Assembly: GCA_050951325.1 (NCBI GenBank)
Contig: JBMNIW010000012.1
Location: 1 to 64,000 of the forward strand
Direction of reading: 5' to 3'
DNA length: 64,000 nucleotides
Source of the DNA: Clostridia bacterium
Lineage (GTDB): Bacteria > Bacillota > Clostridia > UBA1212 > DUPL01
The translations under genes and the position numbers were made by a program. Below, piece after piece: positions 19,101-29,196 of the stretch. The first letter of the stretch is position 1; every line of letters starts with the position of its first letter. The notes under the pieces were generated by a model. That model saw nothing but the letters and a program-made list of their open reading frames with translations, was not told where the DNA came from and searched no databases.

Positions 19101-20321
19101 TTAATCCTTTCTGACAAGAGCGGAAATGAACTCCATAAGTTTCTGCGCTTGCCTTTTGTTTGTCTTTTCATTCATAACAAACTGCTTTGCACGCTGGCCG
19201 AAGTCGTGGAGCTGCTCGGCTGATTTCACCAGTATATGTTGCAATGCCTTAAGCATACCGTCCTCGCTCTCGTCCTCAAAGAAATAAACATAGTCGTAGT
19301 ATTCCTTGGGCATACCGGGCAGCTTTGTTGTCAGTAATGGCGTGCCCGACGCCATGCACTCCATAGTCTTTGAGGGGAACGAATATTTTACATATTCAGC
19401 GTTGGTAAGTCTCGGATTGAGCAGCAAAGTAGCCTTCAGCTGATTCTCAACAACCAGCGCATTGGATTGTACCCCAAAGTATTTGACATTGGCATGCTCT
19501 TCGGCAATCTCCGTCAACTCTCGCTGATAGTTCCCGTCGCCGTAAATATGTAACTCCCAGCCTTCAAAATTGCCCTTCAAAAAGGCTTTGACCATTCTCT
19601 CAATACCAAATTCCCTGTGTATGCCGCCTGCATACATGGCAACCTTGGGCTCGCTCTTATTTTCAAGCAGATTGGGCACGTCTGCCATTGTGCAATCGGC
19701 ATGACCTTCTATAACGATATATGGCTTGTTGTCCCGATTCACAACGGCGTTCATTTGCTCTGTCAGGAACAAATAAGCATCGTATTTCCGGAGATTTTTC
19801 GCTTTCAGCATAGAGCTGTACTTGGAAATGATGCGGTTTACAAAGGACAAGGTTTTTAACCTTGCGCCTGATGAATAGCCCGGCACATCGGTCACAATGC
19901 CAATCACGGGAATGCCATATTTTTTCCCGCAGGCGCGAGCCGCATCCGCAATGGAGTGGTTTAACACATCGCAAATGATGACACAATCCCGGTTGGATTT
20001 GTAAAGCCGCCTGATTTCCCTTTTTGCCCCTCTTTTACGCGTGTATTGGCGCAGCACATGCATATTGAAAAATGCATCGTATATGTAATGGACGTTGCCA
20101 AAGATTTCTTCCTCTCTGGGGAATCTAAATTTCTTTGTCCATTGTCTGTTTACCGGGAACGCGCATATGGCTGTTAGCTTGCCATCTATGCAGGAGGCCA
20201 GCCCCTGTATTAAAAGCTGATGATATTTCTGAGCCTGCGGAAGCTTTTTGGTATATCCCTTCTCTCTCAGCTCAGTGAATTTGCCATCCGAGCAGCTGCC
20301 GGACAAATAGATAATATCCAT
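19101..20321 (-). CDS. Glycosyltransferase family 4
   Basis: YAGG and FPSKTMECMASGTP. Confidence 0.85.
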   Translation of the reverse strand: MDIIYLSGSCSDGKFTELREKGYTKKLPQAQKYHQLLIQGLASCIDGKLTAICAFPVNRQWTKKFRFPREEEIFGNVHYIYDAFFNMHVLRQYTRKRGAKREIRRLYKSNRDCVIICDVLNHSIADAARACGKKYGIPVIGIVTDVPGYSSGARLKTLSFVNRIISKYSSMLKAKNLRKYDAYLFLTEQMNAVVNRDNKPYIVIEGHADCTMADVPNLLENKSEPKVAMYAGGIHREFGIERMVKAFLKGNFEGWELHIYGDGNYQRELTEIAEEHANVKYFGVQSNALVVENQLKATLLLNPRLTNAEYVKYSFPSKTMECMASGTPLLTTKLPGMPKEYYDYVYFFEDESEDGMLKALQHILVKSAEQLHDFGQRAKQFVMNEKTNKRQAQKLMEFISALVRKD

Positions 20322-20323
20322 AA

Positions 20324-21403
20324 CTAATCCTCGTATTTCTCAGTCATCGCTTGAAGCAAAGCATTTTTAGAGTCTGTTTTGAATTTTTCGAGTATCGCAT
20401 TTGCGTTTTGATAATCCACCGTTTTGTCAAGCACCGACAGCTCGTCCCTGGTGCGGATGATTCTGTTTTCCAGCCCAACAAGCTTTAAAATATCCACGAT
20501 TCTCGCATTGGTCTTCTCACCGGGCAGAAGGGATGCAAATTGCTTATTGAACAGCAGGGAAAACATTGTCGCATGAAAGGAAGCGGACAGTACAAAATCG
20601 GCGTGAAGAATATATCCGAGAATTTCCTCGGGGCCCACATCCTTCTCAAATTTATCGCAATAGCATTTTTTCTTAAAGCCGCAGATGTGTACAATCTTCA
20701 GTCCGTGCTTTTTGGAAAGAACCTCAACGGCACTGTCTAAAATCTCACTTGAATCGGCAAGGTACATCACGGCATAAGGCTCTTTGATTGCAGGCGTTTT
20801 GGCAATTTTTTTGAATTCCTCAACATCCAGCAGGCCGACCGGGTCGATAACGTGGCTGATATCCACGTTTGTATGCTTTTGCAGCATCGACACGGTGGAT
20901 TTTTCACGGAGCATAATTTTCTCAAAATCGCTGACCTTCTGTGCAACGAACCGAAGCTCTTCGTCATTAAAATTATCCCTGCCCATGCTGGTCCCGTAAG
21001 CAATCTTCCGGCCTGTATGGGCAAAGGTAAGCTTGTAGGCGTCGTCACGGCCGCCAGGGTGGTAGTTGTTCCAAAGCTGGTCGCCGCCCGCAATAAAAAT
21101 TTGATTTTTGTCCTTATAGTATGCCTCCAGCTCGGCCAGGGATCGAAACTGCTTGTCAGAGAGCCTGTCATAGTGTCTCAAAAAGTCCTCAAACTTCTTT
21201 TTTCTCACCAGATACGGCTTTATATTCAAGGCTCTGCCTATAAAGGTTTTCAGCCTGCTTTTACCATGCTCGTAATACCCGGGACGATAATCGATAATGT
21301 CCGCATCAAATCCGTTATTTGCAAGGAAACGGAACAAGCTGTAAGCCTGAAAAATCGAACCGAAATTATGTATATGATGAATGGTTATAATCGAACATTT
21401 CAT
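20324..21403 (-). CDS. Polysaccharide pyruvyl transferase family protein
   Basis: NFGSIFQAY, GGDQLWN, LRE, DP and SFHA motifs. Confidence 0.85.
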   Translation of the reverse strand: MKCSIITIHHIHNFGSIFQAYSLFRFLANNGFDADIIDYRPGYYEHGKSRLKTFIGRALNIKPYLVRKKKFEDFLRHYDRLSDKQFRSLAELEAYYKDKNQIFIAGGDQLWNNYHPGGRDDAYKLTFAHTGRKIAYGTSMGRDNFNDEELRFVAQKVSDFEKIMLREKSTVSMLQKHTNVDISHVIDPVGLLDVEEFKKIAKTPAIKEPYAVMYLADSSEILDSAVEVLSKKHGLKIVHICGFKKKCYCDKFEKDVGPEEILGYILHADFVLSASFHATMFSLLFNKQFASLLPGEKTNARIVDILKLVGLENRIIRTRDELSVLDKTVDYQNANAILEKFKTDSKNALLQAMTEKYED

Positions 21404-21424
21404 CTCTGACTCCTATACAATCTT

Positions 21425-22240
21425 TTACAGGTTATATTTTTCTTTATATGCTTTGAATGAGAGCATCTCGCGATATGCCCGCCGTCCGTGCCGCATCCAT
21501 TTCATTTTCTGCGTGAATGTGAGCGCACACTGTTTGATTCTAAAGGCAAAATACAGCATCCACACACCCGTAGTCTTGGGATGGACAGCACAGTAAAATG
21601 CACCCTTTGCAAAAAAATATTTTTCATCTTTTCCGGTAAACCAGGATGACTTTTCAAACGATACATGACCAATGGTCTCTTTGGAAACATAGAACACCAG
21701 TCCGGCCTTGCGCAGAGCCATTAAAAACATACTGTCTTCACCGGAAGGAAATAACGCGCCTCCTCCGAAAAGAGGCGTAAACCAGGCATTAGCTCTTCTT
21801 ACCGAATTTAAGCGAAAAGCGACTCGAATAGCCCCCCACGGGATGCCTTTCCATCGTGGCCATTTTTTTGTTTTTTTATATTTCTGCTGAAGTCTGGCCG
21901 AATCATCCGTTTCCAAATGAAATATGATGACATCCACGTCGGGATGGGCATCAAACTCCGCCATGACCCGTTCGGCCATATCGTCATGATACCTTACGTC
22001 ATCGTCTGCCAATAGGCATATTTCCGCGCTCGCATACAAAAGTGCCAGATTCCGGTTAATCCCCACCCCTCTTGTTTGGGTCGAGATCATTTTGGCAGTA
22101 AAACCTTCGAAAGTGTATTCTTCATATGAAGTGTGGTCAGATTGATTTGCAAAAACCACATCGGAATGAATATTCATTTCTTTTATTTTCGAAAAATCCT
22201 TTTGATGCATTGTTACACATAATACTTCAAATTTTTTCAT
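21425..22240 (-). CDS. Glycosyltransferase family 2
   Basis: RGVGINRN, ADDD, GEDS. Confidence 0.85.
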   Translation of the reverse strand: MKKFEVLCVTMHQKDFSKIKEMNIHSDVVFANQSDHTSYEEYTFEGFTAKMISTQTRGVGINRNLALLYASAEICLLADDDVRYHDDMAERVMAEFDAHPDVDVIIFHLETDDSARLQQKYKKTKKWPRWKGIPWGAIRVAFRLNSVRRANAWFTPLFGGGALFPSGEDSMFLMALRKAGLVFYVSKETIGHVSFEKSSWFTGKDEKYFFAKGAFYCAVHPKTTGVWMLYFAFRIKQCALTFTQKMKWMRHGRRAYREMLSFKAYKEKYNL

Positions 22241-23072
22241 TTATCTTCTCCAGATATTCTTTATAATCTCTTTCAGTATCATAGATCATGGCATGAACGA
22301 AAGCATTTCTTTTTTCTATGCTTGGCAGCTTCATGTAATCGCCGTATCTGTAAACGAGATAATCTCTAATTTTATCCGATCCCATTAAAACTGTGTCCTC
22401 AAATGGTACGTCAACCGGCACAGAAAAAAATGAAGAATCAAACAGTCCGCTTCTGAATTTTGCCGGCGTTATCCAATAGCAGTATTTAAAATTCTTTGTC
22501 ATGCCATCATAGTGATAAATCCGCTTATACGCTACTTTTGCCATCCATTTACATGGCAAGAACCGGAGGGATTTCAATACCAACACCTGCCCTTTGGTTT
22601 TTGGTTTCCAATTTCGCTGGGAAAGGCCATACAATGTTACAAATTTTGATTCAAGGTATACGAGTCTTTGAAGCAGGCGGTTATTGGGCACCTTATGTAA
22701 AATCATAATGTCAACATAAATACCATGATGCATATCCGTCCGATTCTTGAATTGCTCTTCTATAAAAGTGGTACCGTTCATGCGGACTTTGGCGTATTCC
22801 AAATATTCCGGAACAGTTTTCCACTCTTGGAGAACAAACCGGCTGTCGTTGTCCGATAGCATTACCGCCTTGAATTTTTCATATTGATCCGGGGTCATGA
22901 AAATATCCAGGTCGTCATCCCATGGAATGAACCCACCATGGCGAACCGCCCCGAGTGCTGTGCCACCCATGATGAAATACTGAATATTATGTATCCGGCA
23001 AAGACCATCAACATATTTTGCAATTTGTAATATCTTTTTCTGAACAGATTTAATATCTTGATTTTTAGGCAT
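22227..23072 (-). CDS. licD: LicD-family phosphotransferase
   Basis: GGTALGAVRHGGFIPWDDDLDI and YGDYMKLP. Confidence 0.9.
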   Translation of the reverse strand: MPKNQDIKSVQKKILQIAKYVDGLCRIHNIQYFIMGGTALGAVRHGGFIPWDDDLDIFMTPDQYEKFKAVMLSDNDSRFVLQEWKTVPEYLEYAKVRMNGTTFIEEQFKNRTDMHHGIYVDIMILHKVPNNRLLQRLVYLESKFVTLYGLSQRNWKPKTKGQVLVLKSLRFLPCKWMAKVAYKRIYHYDGMTKNFKYCYWITPAKFRSGLFDSSFFSVPVDVPFEDTVLMGSDKIRDYLVYRYGDYMKLPSIEKRNAFVHAMIYDTERDYKEYLEKINEKI

Positions 23073-23085
23073 ATAAGACCTACTT

Positions 23086-23919
23086 TTATATTTTCTTGGC
23101 TAAAAAATAAAATTTGTTTATAATTTTTTTTATTCCGGGAACACGATAAGCAAAATTGACCGTTGACTTAATAAATTTAAAAACATAATTACGAATTTTG
23201 TATGTGACGGCACAGTTAACCCATCTATGCGGGTGTATGCTTAAAATACAATTATTTGACTTAATGTGTTCAATAAGTTCATCAAAACTTTTAATAAAGA
23301 TATCCTTATCATCGCTTTTCACAATATCATTATTTATCGGATCAAAAATAATATTAAATTGTCTTCCAGCGTCGGAAATATAAACATAATCGCATTTTGC
23401 CTTTGTTTTAAAATCAACCATTATGTCGGTCATATTTGGATATAAAGCCTGAATTTTAGGATTTCTGAAGAAATCTCTGTTGGAGGTATATCCCTTTCGT
23501 TCTATAAGAGGATTGCCGTGCTGGCATAGTGTTGCAATCGGGAACCCGCATTCTAAAAAAACCGAAACATTTTTTCTGAATTCTTTCAAAGCAGAATCTA
23601 TATCCCCTTTGCATGAATCCATAACATCATAGTGATATGAAATCTCATGCCCCATAGACTGCATTTCGCGCAGGAGTTTAACATTCTTTGAACTTTTTAA
23701 AAGATATGCCTGTACATAATAACTTCCTCGATGGCCGTACTTATGTTCAATCTGAGCGATTCTATATGCGTTTTTTACTTTCGTCTCGACATCGTGCTTT
23801 AAAATCAGAAATCTTGTATTGATGCCGCTCAATACATTTGATGAGGTAACACTGAAAATATTCAGTTCCGCTAGTTTCCTGCAGAACATGTCCCAATTTT
23901 TATAAACGAATTCCATCAT
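23086..23919 (-). CDS. Polysaccharide deacetylase-like protein
   Basis: LKHDVE, GHEISYHY, HG and IHPHRW; visibly AT-rich. Confidence 0.55.
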   Translation of the reverse strand: MMEFVYKNWDMFCRKLAELNIFSVTSSNVLSGINTRFLILKHDVETKVKNAYRIAQIEHKYGHRGSYYVQAYLLKSSKNVKLLREMQSMGHEISYHYDVMDSCKGDIDSALKEFRKNVSVFLECGFPIATLCQHGNPLIERKGYTSNRDFFRNPKIQALYPNMTDIMVDFKTKAKCDYVYISDAGRQFNIIFDPINNDIVKSDDKDIFIKSFDELIEHIKSNNCILSIHPHRWVNCAVTYKIRNYVFKFIKSTVNFAYRVPGIKKIINKFYFLAKKI

Positions 23920-24331
23920 TTATCTTGTCCCGTAAAATAGTTGAAGAAATACCGGAAGTATAATCCAAATATACAACGCGACAACCGACAGTGGAAAATT
24001 CTTTTTCATACCTATTCCACTCGGTCGTCCCTTTCCAATCTGAGCCCACAAACACTGCATCGCAATGATATTTCTTTATAATCTCAAGCTTATCCATGTT
24101 TTCTTGAGGAATAACCAAATCTACGTAGCGAATTGCAGAAACTATCGCCATTCTATCCTTTTCATTGATGACCGGAAATTTGTTTTTGGCTTCAAAACAC
24201 AAACTATCCGTTGTGACGCCAACAATCAGGAACTCACATTGTTCTTTTGCTCTGCGCAGAATATTTAAGTGTCCAATATGAAACATATCGAAGACGCCGG
24301 TTGTATACCCTATCCTATATTTCTTCTCCAT
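23900..24331 (-). CDS. TagD-like cytidylyltransferase
   Basis: GVFDMFHIGH (HIGH), GSDWKG, ISSTILR. Start at MEKKYR. Confidence 0.9.
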   Translation of the reverse strand: MEKKYRIGYTTGVFDMFHIGHLNILRRAKEQCEFLIVGVTTDSLCFEAKNKFPVINEKDRMAIVSAIRYVDLVIPQENMDKLEIIKKYHCDAVFVGSDWKGTTEWNRYEKEFSTVGCRVVYLDYTSGISSTILRDKINDGIRL

Positions 24332-25158
24332 CACGCTTTCTCCCTTGCTATCTTTTGGAAAAACCATCCCCGAAGTTTATTCGGGAGCAGCACCTGAACC
24401 ACCAACCGAATGCTGACATTTAAGCAAAATTTGAAAAAAGAAATCATTTTGTGTTGCAGCATATATTTTTGTAATTTCGCTTCGCTTTTAAAGTATTTCC
24501 ATCCGCCTCGGCGCTGGTACATCTCTTGGCCAACACGAACATTCACTAAATCTTGATGGATGTTTGCAAACAGAAAACCTTTCTGGGCCATTCTTATCCA
24601 TAAATAATAATCTTCATTACAATACCAGTCCGCGTACCCTCCCGCTTCATCGACACAGGATTTTTTCAACATAACAGTCATCTGATTCATCGGGCAACGC
24701 TTTCTCATATACCGTTTGATATCGGTATCCTCTTGGGGGACGACTCTTTTGCCGACGATATGGTCGACACGGTCAACAAACTCCGATATATTGCCTCCAA
24801 CGATTGCAAGCTGCGGATTGCTTTGAAAAAAGGCAATCTGTTTCTCGAACCTGTCCGGCACACTGATGTCATCGGCATCCATCAGTGCAACCAATTCGTG
24901 TTTACAGTTGGCCAAACCTTCACGACGTGCATTTCCATGCCCTTGATTCACCGGCAGACGTATCACATGAAAAACCGGATTGGAGGCATATGTATGGATA
25001 ACACGCTCAAGTGCATCAGGAACCGGCCCGTCCACAACCAGAACGACCTCGTTGGGCGGAAGCGTTTGATTCAATATGCTTTCTACCGCTTCCCGGAAAT
25101 GCTCCGGGTTGTCTTTCCTGTATACACACATCGATACCGAAAATAATAAGTTGTCCAT
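24331..25158 (-). CDS. Glycosyltransferase family 2
   Basis: SILNQT, VDGP, MDADD, EDY.LW. Confidence 0.9.
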   Translation of the reverse strand: MDNLLFSVSMCVYRKDNPEHFREAVESILNQTLPPNEVVLVVDGPVPDALERVIHTYASNPVFHVIRLPVNQGHGNARREGLANCKHELVALMDADDISVPDRFEKQIAFFQSNPQLAIVGGNISEFVDRVDHIVGKRVVPQEDTDIKRYMRKRCPMNQMTVMLKKSCVDEAGGYADWYCNEDYYLWIRMAQKGFLFANIHQDLVNVRVGQEMYQRRGGWKYFKSEAKLQKYMLQHKMISFFKFCLNVSIRLVVQVLLPNKLRGWFFQKIAREKA

Positions 25159-25161
25159 AAA

Positions 25162-25839
25162 TCACCTGAAAATCAATTCTTGAGCCGTCTTTTGCTTCGC
25201 CTCATAATCGGATTCGTCAACAATTCCCTTTTTAAGCAGGTAATCGCCTAAATCGTCACTGGTTGCAACTCCGTCCGTGTTGATGCCCTCGCGCTGAAAG
25301 ACTTTGACAACAGTTTTGAGGATAATTTTTACGTCACCTAGGAAAGTGATACGTTCGATGTACTGTAAGTCATTCTTAAATTTATTTTCCCAGCTTGTAT
25401 TGTTACGGCCGTTTACCTGGGCAAGACCGGTAAGGCCGGGACGGACAATGTGTCTCTTCCTTTGTTCTTCTGTCATAAAAACCATATCCCGTACGAGCTG
25501 AGGTCTTGGGCCGACAATCGACATATCGCCTTTTAAGATATTGATCAATTCCGGCAGCTCGTCAAGGGACGTGCTTCTCAAAAACTTCCCGTAGGGCAAA
25601 AGCCGTTTTTCATCCGGCAACAACCGGCCGCTGGAGTCCTTCTCGCAGGTCATCGTGCGGAACTTGATCAATTGAAATATTTTTTCATCTTTGCCGGGCC
25701 GCGGTTGAACGAAAAACGGATTGCCCTTCATTGCAATCGCACCCAAAACCGTCAGAATAACCAATACCGGCGATAAAACCACCAATGCCATTAAGGCTAA
25801 TACAAAGTCCATCGGCCGTTTGAAATATTTTGCGTACAT
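25162..25839 (-). CDS. Priming sugar-phosphate transferase (Bac_transf)
   Basis: KFRTM, SLDELPE, GDMSIVGPRP, RPGLTGLAQV. Start at MYAKYF. Confidence 0.92.
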   Translation of the reverse strand: MYAKYFKRPMDFVLALMALVVLSPVLVILTVLGAIAMKGNPFFVQPRPGKDEKIFQLIKFRTMTCEKDSSGRLLPDEKRLLPYGKFLRSTSLDELPELINILKGDMSIVGPRPQLVRDMVFMTEEQRKRHIVRPGLTGLAQVNGRNNTSWENKFKNDLQYIERITFLGDVKIILKTVVKVFQREGINTDGVATSDDLGDYLLKKGIVDESDYEAKQKTAQELIFR

Positions 25840-25859
25840 ATGTATCCCCTCTGTATCCC

Positions 25860-26975
25860 CTAAAAGCAGCTTTTGATGATTTCGATAACCTCGTCCTGTT
25901 GCTCTTCTGTCATCTTGATATCCGACGGCAAGCATAAACCCCGCTCAAATATTTCACCGGCGATATCCCTGCCCTCCAAAGTAATATAGTCATTAGCCGC
26001 GAACACCGGCTGCAAATGCATCGGCTTCCAGATAGGACGCGACTCTATATTGTTTTCTTCAAGCCTCAATCGAATTTGTTCGGGTGTTACACCGACTCCT
26101 TCATCCATTAGAATACAGCTCATCCAGAAATTAGGCCGGCTGGATGCAAGATAAGGATTCATTTTTACCGGCAGGTCTCTCAGTCCTTGCTGATACCTAC
26201 GATAAATCTTTTCTTTGCGGTCTCTATGTTCATCCAGGGCTAAGAGTTGACCGCGCCCGATGCCGGCGACAATATTGCTCATCCTGTAATTGTAACCGAT
26301 TTCACTGTGCTGGTACCAGGGAGCGGGATCCCGTGACTGCGTTGCCCAGAAACGGGCTTTTTTTATCCCGTCTTCATCGTCGCTGACCAACATACCGCCA
26401 CCCGAAGTGGTGATAATTTTATTCCCATTAAATGAAAAGATACCATACTTGCCAAACGTGCCTGTTTGTTTGCCTTTATATGTAGCGGAAAGGCTCTCAG
26501 CTGCGTCTTCAATTAAAGTCGCACCGTGAGCGTCGCAAATGGAGCGTATTTCGTCAAGTTTTGCAGGTACTCCGTACAAGTTAACAACGATTACACATTT
26601 GCAATCAGGATACTTCTCGAATGCCTTTTCGAGAGCTTTTGGATCCATGTTCCAAGTATCCCTCTCGGAATCAATGAAAACCTGTACACCGCCCTCGTAT
26701 GACACGGGGTTGACAGTAGCGGAGAAAGTCAGGTCTGAGCAAAAGACAACATTCCCGCGCTTGACACCGGCAAGTTTTACTGCAAGATGCAAAGCTGACG
26801 TGCCCGACACTAAAGCTGCGGCATGTTTAATTCCGACATACTCAGCTATCTCACGCTCGAAACCATCAACATTTGGGCCTAAAGGAGCTATCCAGTTAGT
26901 TTCAAATGCTTCTGTTATGAATTTTTGTTCGTCTCCGTGCATTGTAGGTGACGACAAAAAAATTCTATTGCTCAT
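25860..26975 (-). CDS. DegT/DnrJ/EryC1/StrS aminotransferase, EpsN/PglE type (intact)
   Basis: NWIAPLGPNV, EDAAES, FSFNGNKIITTSGGG, GYNYRM. Confidence 0.93.
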   Translation of the reverse strand: MSNRIFLSSPTMHGDEQKFITEAFETNWIAPLGPNVDGFEREIAEYVGIKHAAALVSGTSALHLAVKLAGVKRGNVVFCSDLTFSATVNPVSYEGGVQVFIDSERDTWNMDPKALEKAFEKYPDCKCVIVVNLYGVPAKLDEIRSICDAHGATLIEDAAESLSATYKGKQTGTFGKYGIFSFNGNKIITTSGGGMLVSDDEDGIKKARFWATQSRDPAPWYQHSEIGYNYRMSNIVAGIGRGQLLALDEHRDRKEKIYRRYQQGLRDLPVKMNPYLASSRPNFWMSCILMDEGVGVTPEQIRLRLEENNIESRPIWKPMHLQPVFAANDYITLEGRDIAGEIFERGLCLPSDIKMTEEQQDEVIEIIKSCF

Positions 26976-27009
26976 TTCTTACTCCTTTGTTTTTAGTCAC
27001 GCACACACT

Positions 27010-27447
27010 GATGAGGTAAAGATAATTACATAACATTCATTGTTTTTGTAAGGAACTTATCCTCGTGGCGGGTGTAGCTTTGTTACTGCAAAACTTCAGT
27101 TGAAAATCTAAAAATAACTTAAAAATATATAAACCAAAAAGCCGTAGAAGTGTTGATATATAAGGCTTTTTGAGGTGACCGTAATATCAGATGTTTGTAA
27201 GAAACTTTACCCCGTGAAAAAATTAAAGAGAAAGAGAAAGGAAATATTTTTTGTATAATATAACCAATTTAGCTCCGTTATATGACGCAATTTGTTTATT
27301 ATGCACAAGATTTAGCTGTTATTATCTTATCCTCATGCGGAGTTGCTCATGTTTTGAAGCCCATTATCACTCCATATTGTGGTTATTATCTCATCCGCAT
27401 ACTATATGTTGTGTCGTCATTTTGACGGTTTGGAACTTGTCTTCATG
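27010..27447. repeat. Cluster of six degenerate 21-bp repeats (five direct, one inverted)
   Basis: Copies at 27047, 27196, 27317, 27381 and 27427 on plus, and inverted at 27010. Approximate consensus TGTWAKKAWCTTWWCCTCRTG. Confidence 0.75.
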
Positions 27448-28044
27448 TAAACTGTAATTGGTGAAGTCCGCAAGAGTGCCGACCATCTTTCCATGATAAG
27501 AAGCACCTAAAGCGTGTGCTGCATCGGAAACAACAACCACATGACCGATAGCTTCCTGAATCTTATTGGCCGGATGGAACAGTGCTTTCTTCCGTTCAAC
27601 GATTTCATAAATGCGATCATAATCACAAGGAATACCACCAAGGTCAACAGGAACAATAACTTTCGTTTTTTCGGTGATAGCCGCTTCCAGTGCATCGTAG
27701 TCCATTTCGAGACTATCCGGGTTCATAGAACAATCAACAAGAACCACCTTTGCCCCGACATGGATAGCAACAGAGGCAGAAGCAGTATATGTATAGGCAC
27801 AGGTAATGACTTCATCGCCTTCGCCAATTCCAAGTACACGCAAACTGGTTTCAGCAGCAGCGGTCTGGCTGTTCAGACAAACCATCTTGCTTGTACCAAC
27901 CCATGTAGCAAGTTTTTCCTCAAGTAGTTTTGTTCTTGGCCCGGTAGTTATCCATCCTGAACGCATCGCATCAGATACATACTGAATTTCAAGTTCTGAA
28001 ACATCAGGCGGAGAGAACGGAATATTCATTTTTTTCATACTCAA
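27391..28044 (-). pseudogene. 3'-truncated DegT aminotransferase, WcfR/AatB-like
   Basis: IPFSPPD...SGWITTGP start and DAAH. Similarity stops at NYSLH where SFHAVK is expected; C-terminal half absent. Confidence 0.88.
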
Positions 28045-28290
28045 TTACCTCATTAAAATTCGAATTGTGCCCGCTTAAATGTGAACCACAATATAAAAAC
28101 ACTTCAAAATATTGTCCATTTTTGCTATTGACATTTCAACTTTTATGTGATATAATTAAGTGACTGTGATAAAAAAGCAGTCACAATAAAAAATAACACC
28201 ACAGAAAACACTGTGCAGTAATAATCGCATCAAATCGCAAAAAGCCGCACCACATAAGGCTTTTTAGCGGTTGTCCCTATTATCCTTCGT

Positions 28291-28404
28291 TCACCAGTTG
28301 GTTTCATATGCTTCCGTTATATACTTTAATTCCTCGCCATGCATTGTAGGACTTGCAAGCCATACTTTACTTTCAAAAGGCTTGATTCCGGTATTATTGA
28401 ACAT
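28291..28404 (-). pseudogene. 5' fragment of a DegT aminotransferase, 37 aa
   Basis: MFNNTGIKPFESKVWLASPTMHGEELKYITEAYETNW* aligns with the N-terminus of 25860-26975; GGGAG RBS. Confidence 0.85.
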
Positions 28405-28474
28405 TTAGCGTCTCCCGTCTTATAAACTATTCTATTTGTAAATCCTTCCAGACTGTGTTTCCCAATTCGTTTCT

Positions 28475-28894
28475 TTACTGTTGGTTTAACTTATCTCTCA
28501 AAATCGTGCTTGAAATACCCTCTGTATGTGGAAGGTACTGCACTTTACACCCAACTTTCGCTAGTTCTTCTTCAATCTTCTTCCACTTCTCAGTTCCTTC
28601 CCAATCGGAACCAACAAACATAACATCAATATGGTTATTGACAACAGTTTCAACTTTGCCTTGTATGTCATACCGTTCTTGAGGTATAACCTTATCCACG
28701 TACTTTATTGCTTCGACGATTGTTGCTCTTTCTGAATATGGAATAATTGGCGTCTTGTGCTTATTCTGTTCAACTACTTCATCCGTAGTAACGCCAACAA
28801 TCAGATAGTCACAGTTGTCTTTGGCATTTTTAATTACATTTAGATGACCAATGTGGAACATATCATACACACCGGCCGTATAACCAATTATCAT
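28475..28894 (-). CDS. Second TagD-like cytidylyltransferase
   Basis: GVYDMFHIGH, GSDWEG, ISSTILR; paralogue of 23900-24331. Confidence 0.9.
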   Translation of the reverse strand: MIIGYTAGVYDMFHIGHLNVIKNAKDNCDYLIVGVTTDEVVEQNKHKTPIIPYSERATIVEAIKYVDKVIPQERYDIQGKVETVVNNHIDVMFVGSDWEGTEKWKKIEEELAKVGCKVQYLPHTEGISSTILRDKLNQQ

Positions 28895-28923
28895 CGCTGA
28901 CTCCTTATATTCAAACACGGCTT

Positions 28924-29196
28924 TTACAAACCTGAGTTTTTCTCAATCTCCCGAAACAAACTCCACAAATAACTCGAACCGAAAACTCCCATAGCCTTCG
29001 GCCCGCTGTCCTTATCTTCCAACCACTTCTTATATGCTATGTTTACGCTTGCCCGTGTGATGAACTTCTGTCGTCTATCCACGAACAACTCGTTACCCTT
29101 GATCTCTATCTTAAATCCCAGACCTTTTTTCGTCCGGAACTCTCTACCTTCTACCTCTTTAATTCTCTCCCAGAGTTCTATTTCAGCCTGTGTATA
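28924..29196 (-). pseudogene. Start-less gene remnant
   Basis: Open frame YTQAEIELWERIKEVEGREFRTKKGL...KGNELFVDRR...GPKAMGVFGSSYLW...* preceded by a stop, with no start codon. Confidence 0.55.

Noticed and set aside
27010-27447. Repeat cluster as a CRISPR array
   Set aside because: Repeats are degenerate, spacing is irregular, one copy is inverted and no cas genes are present.
28061-28091. Imperfect palindrome ttgtgcccgcttaaatgtgaaccacaa as a dif-like site
   Set aside because: Only the outer 5 bp pair well and it does not match a dif consensus; its likeness to the GGGACAA motif is too weak to call.
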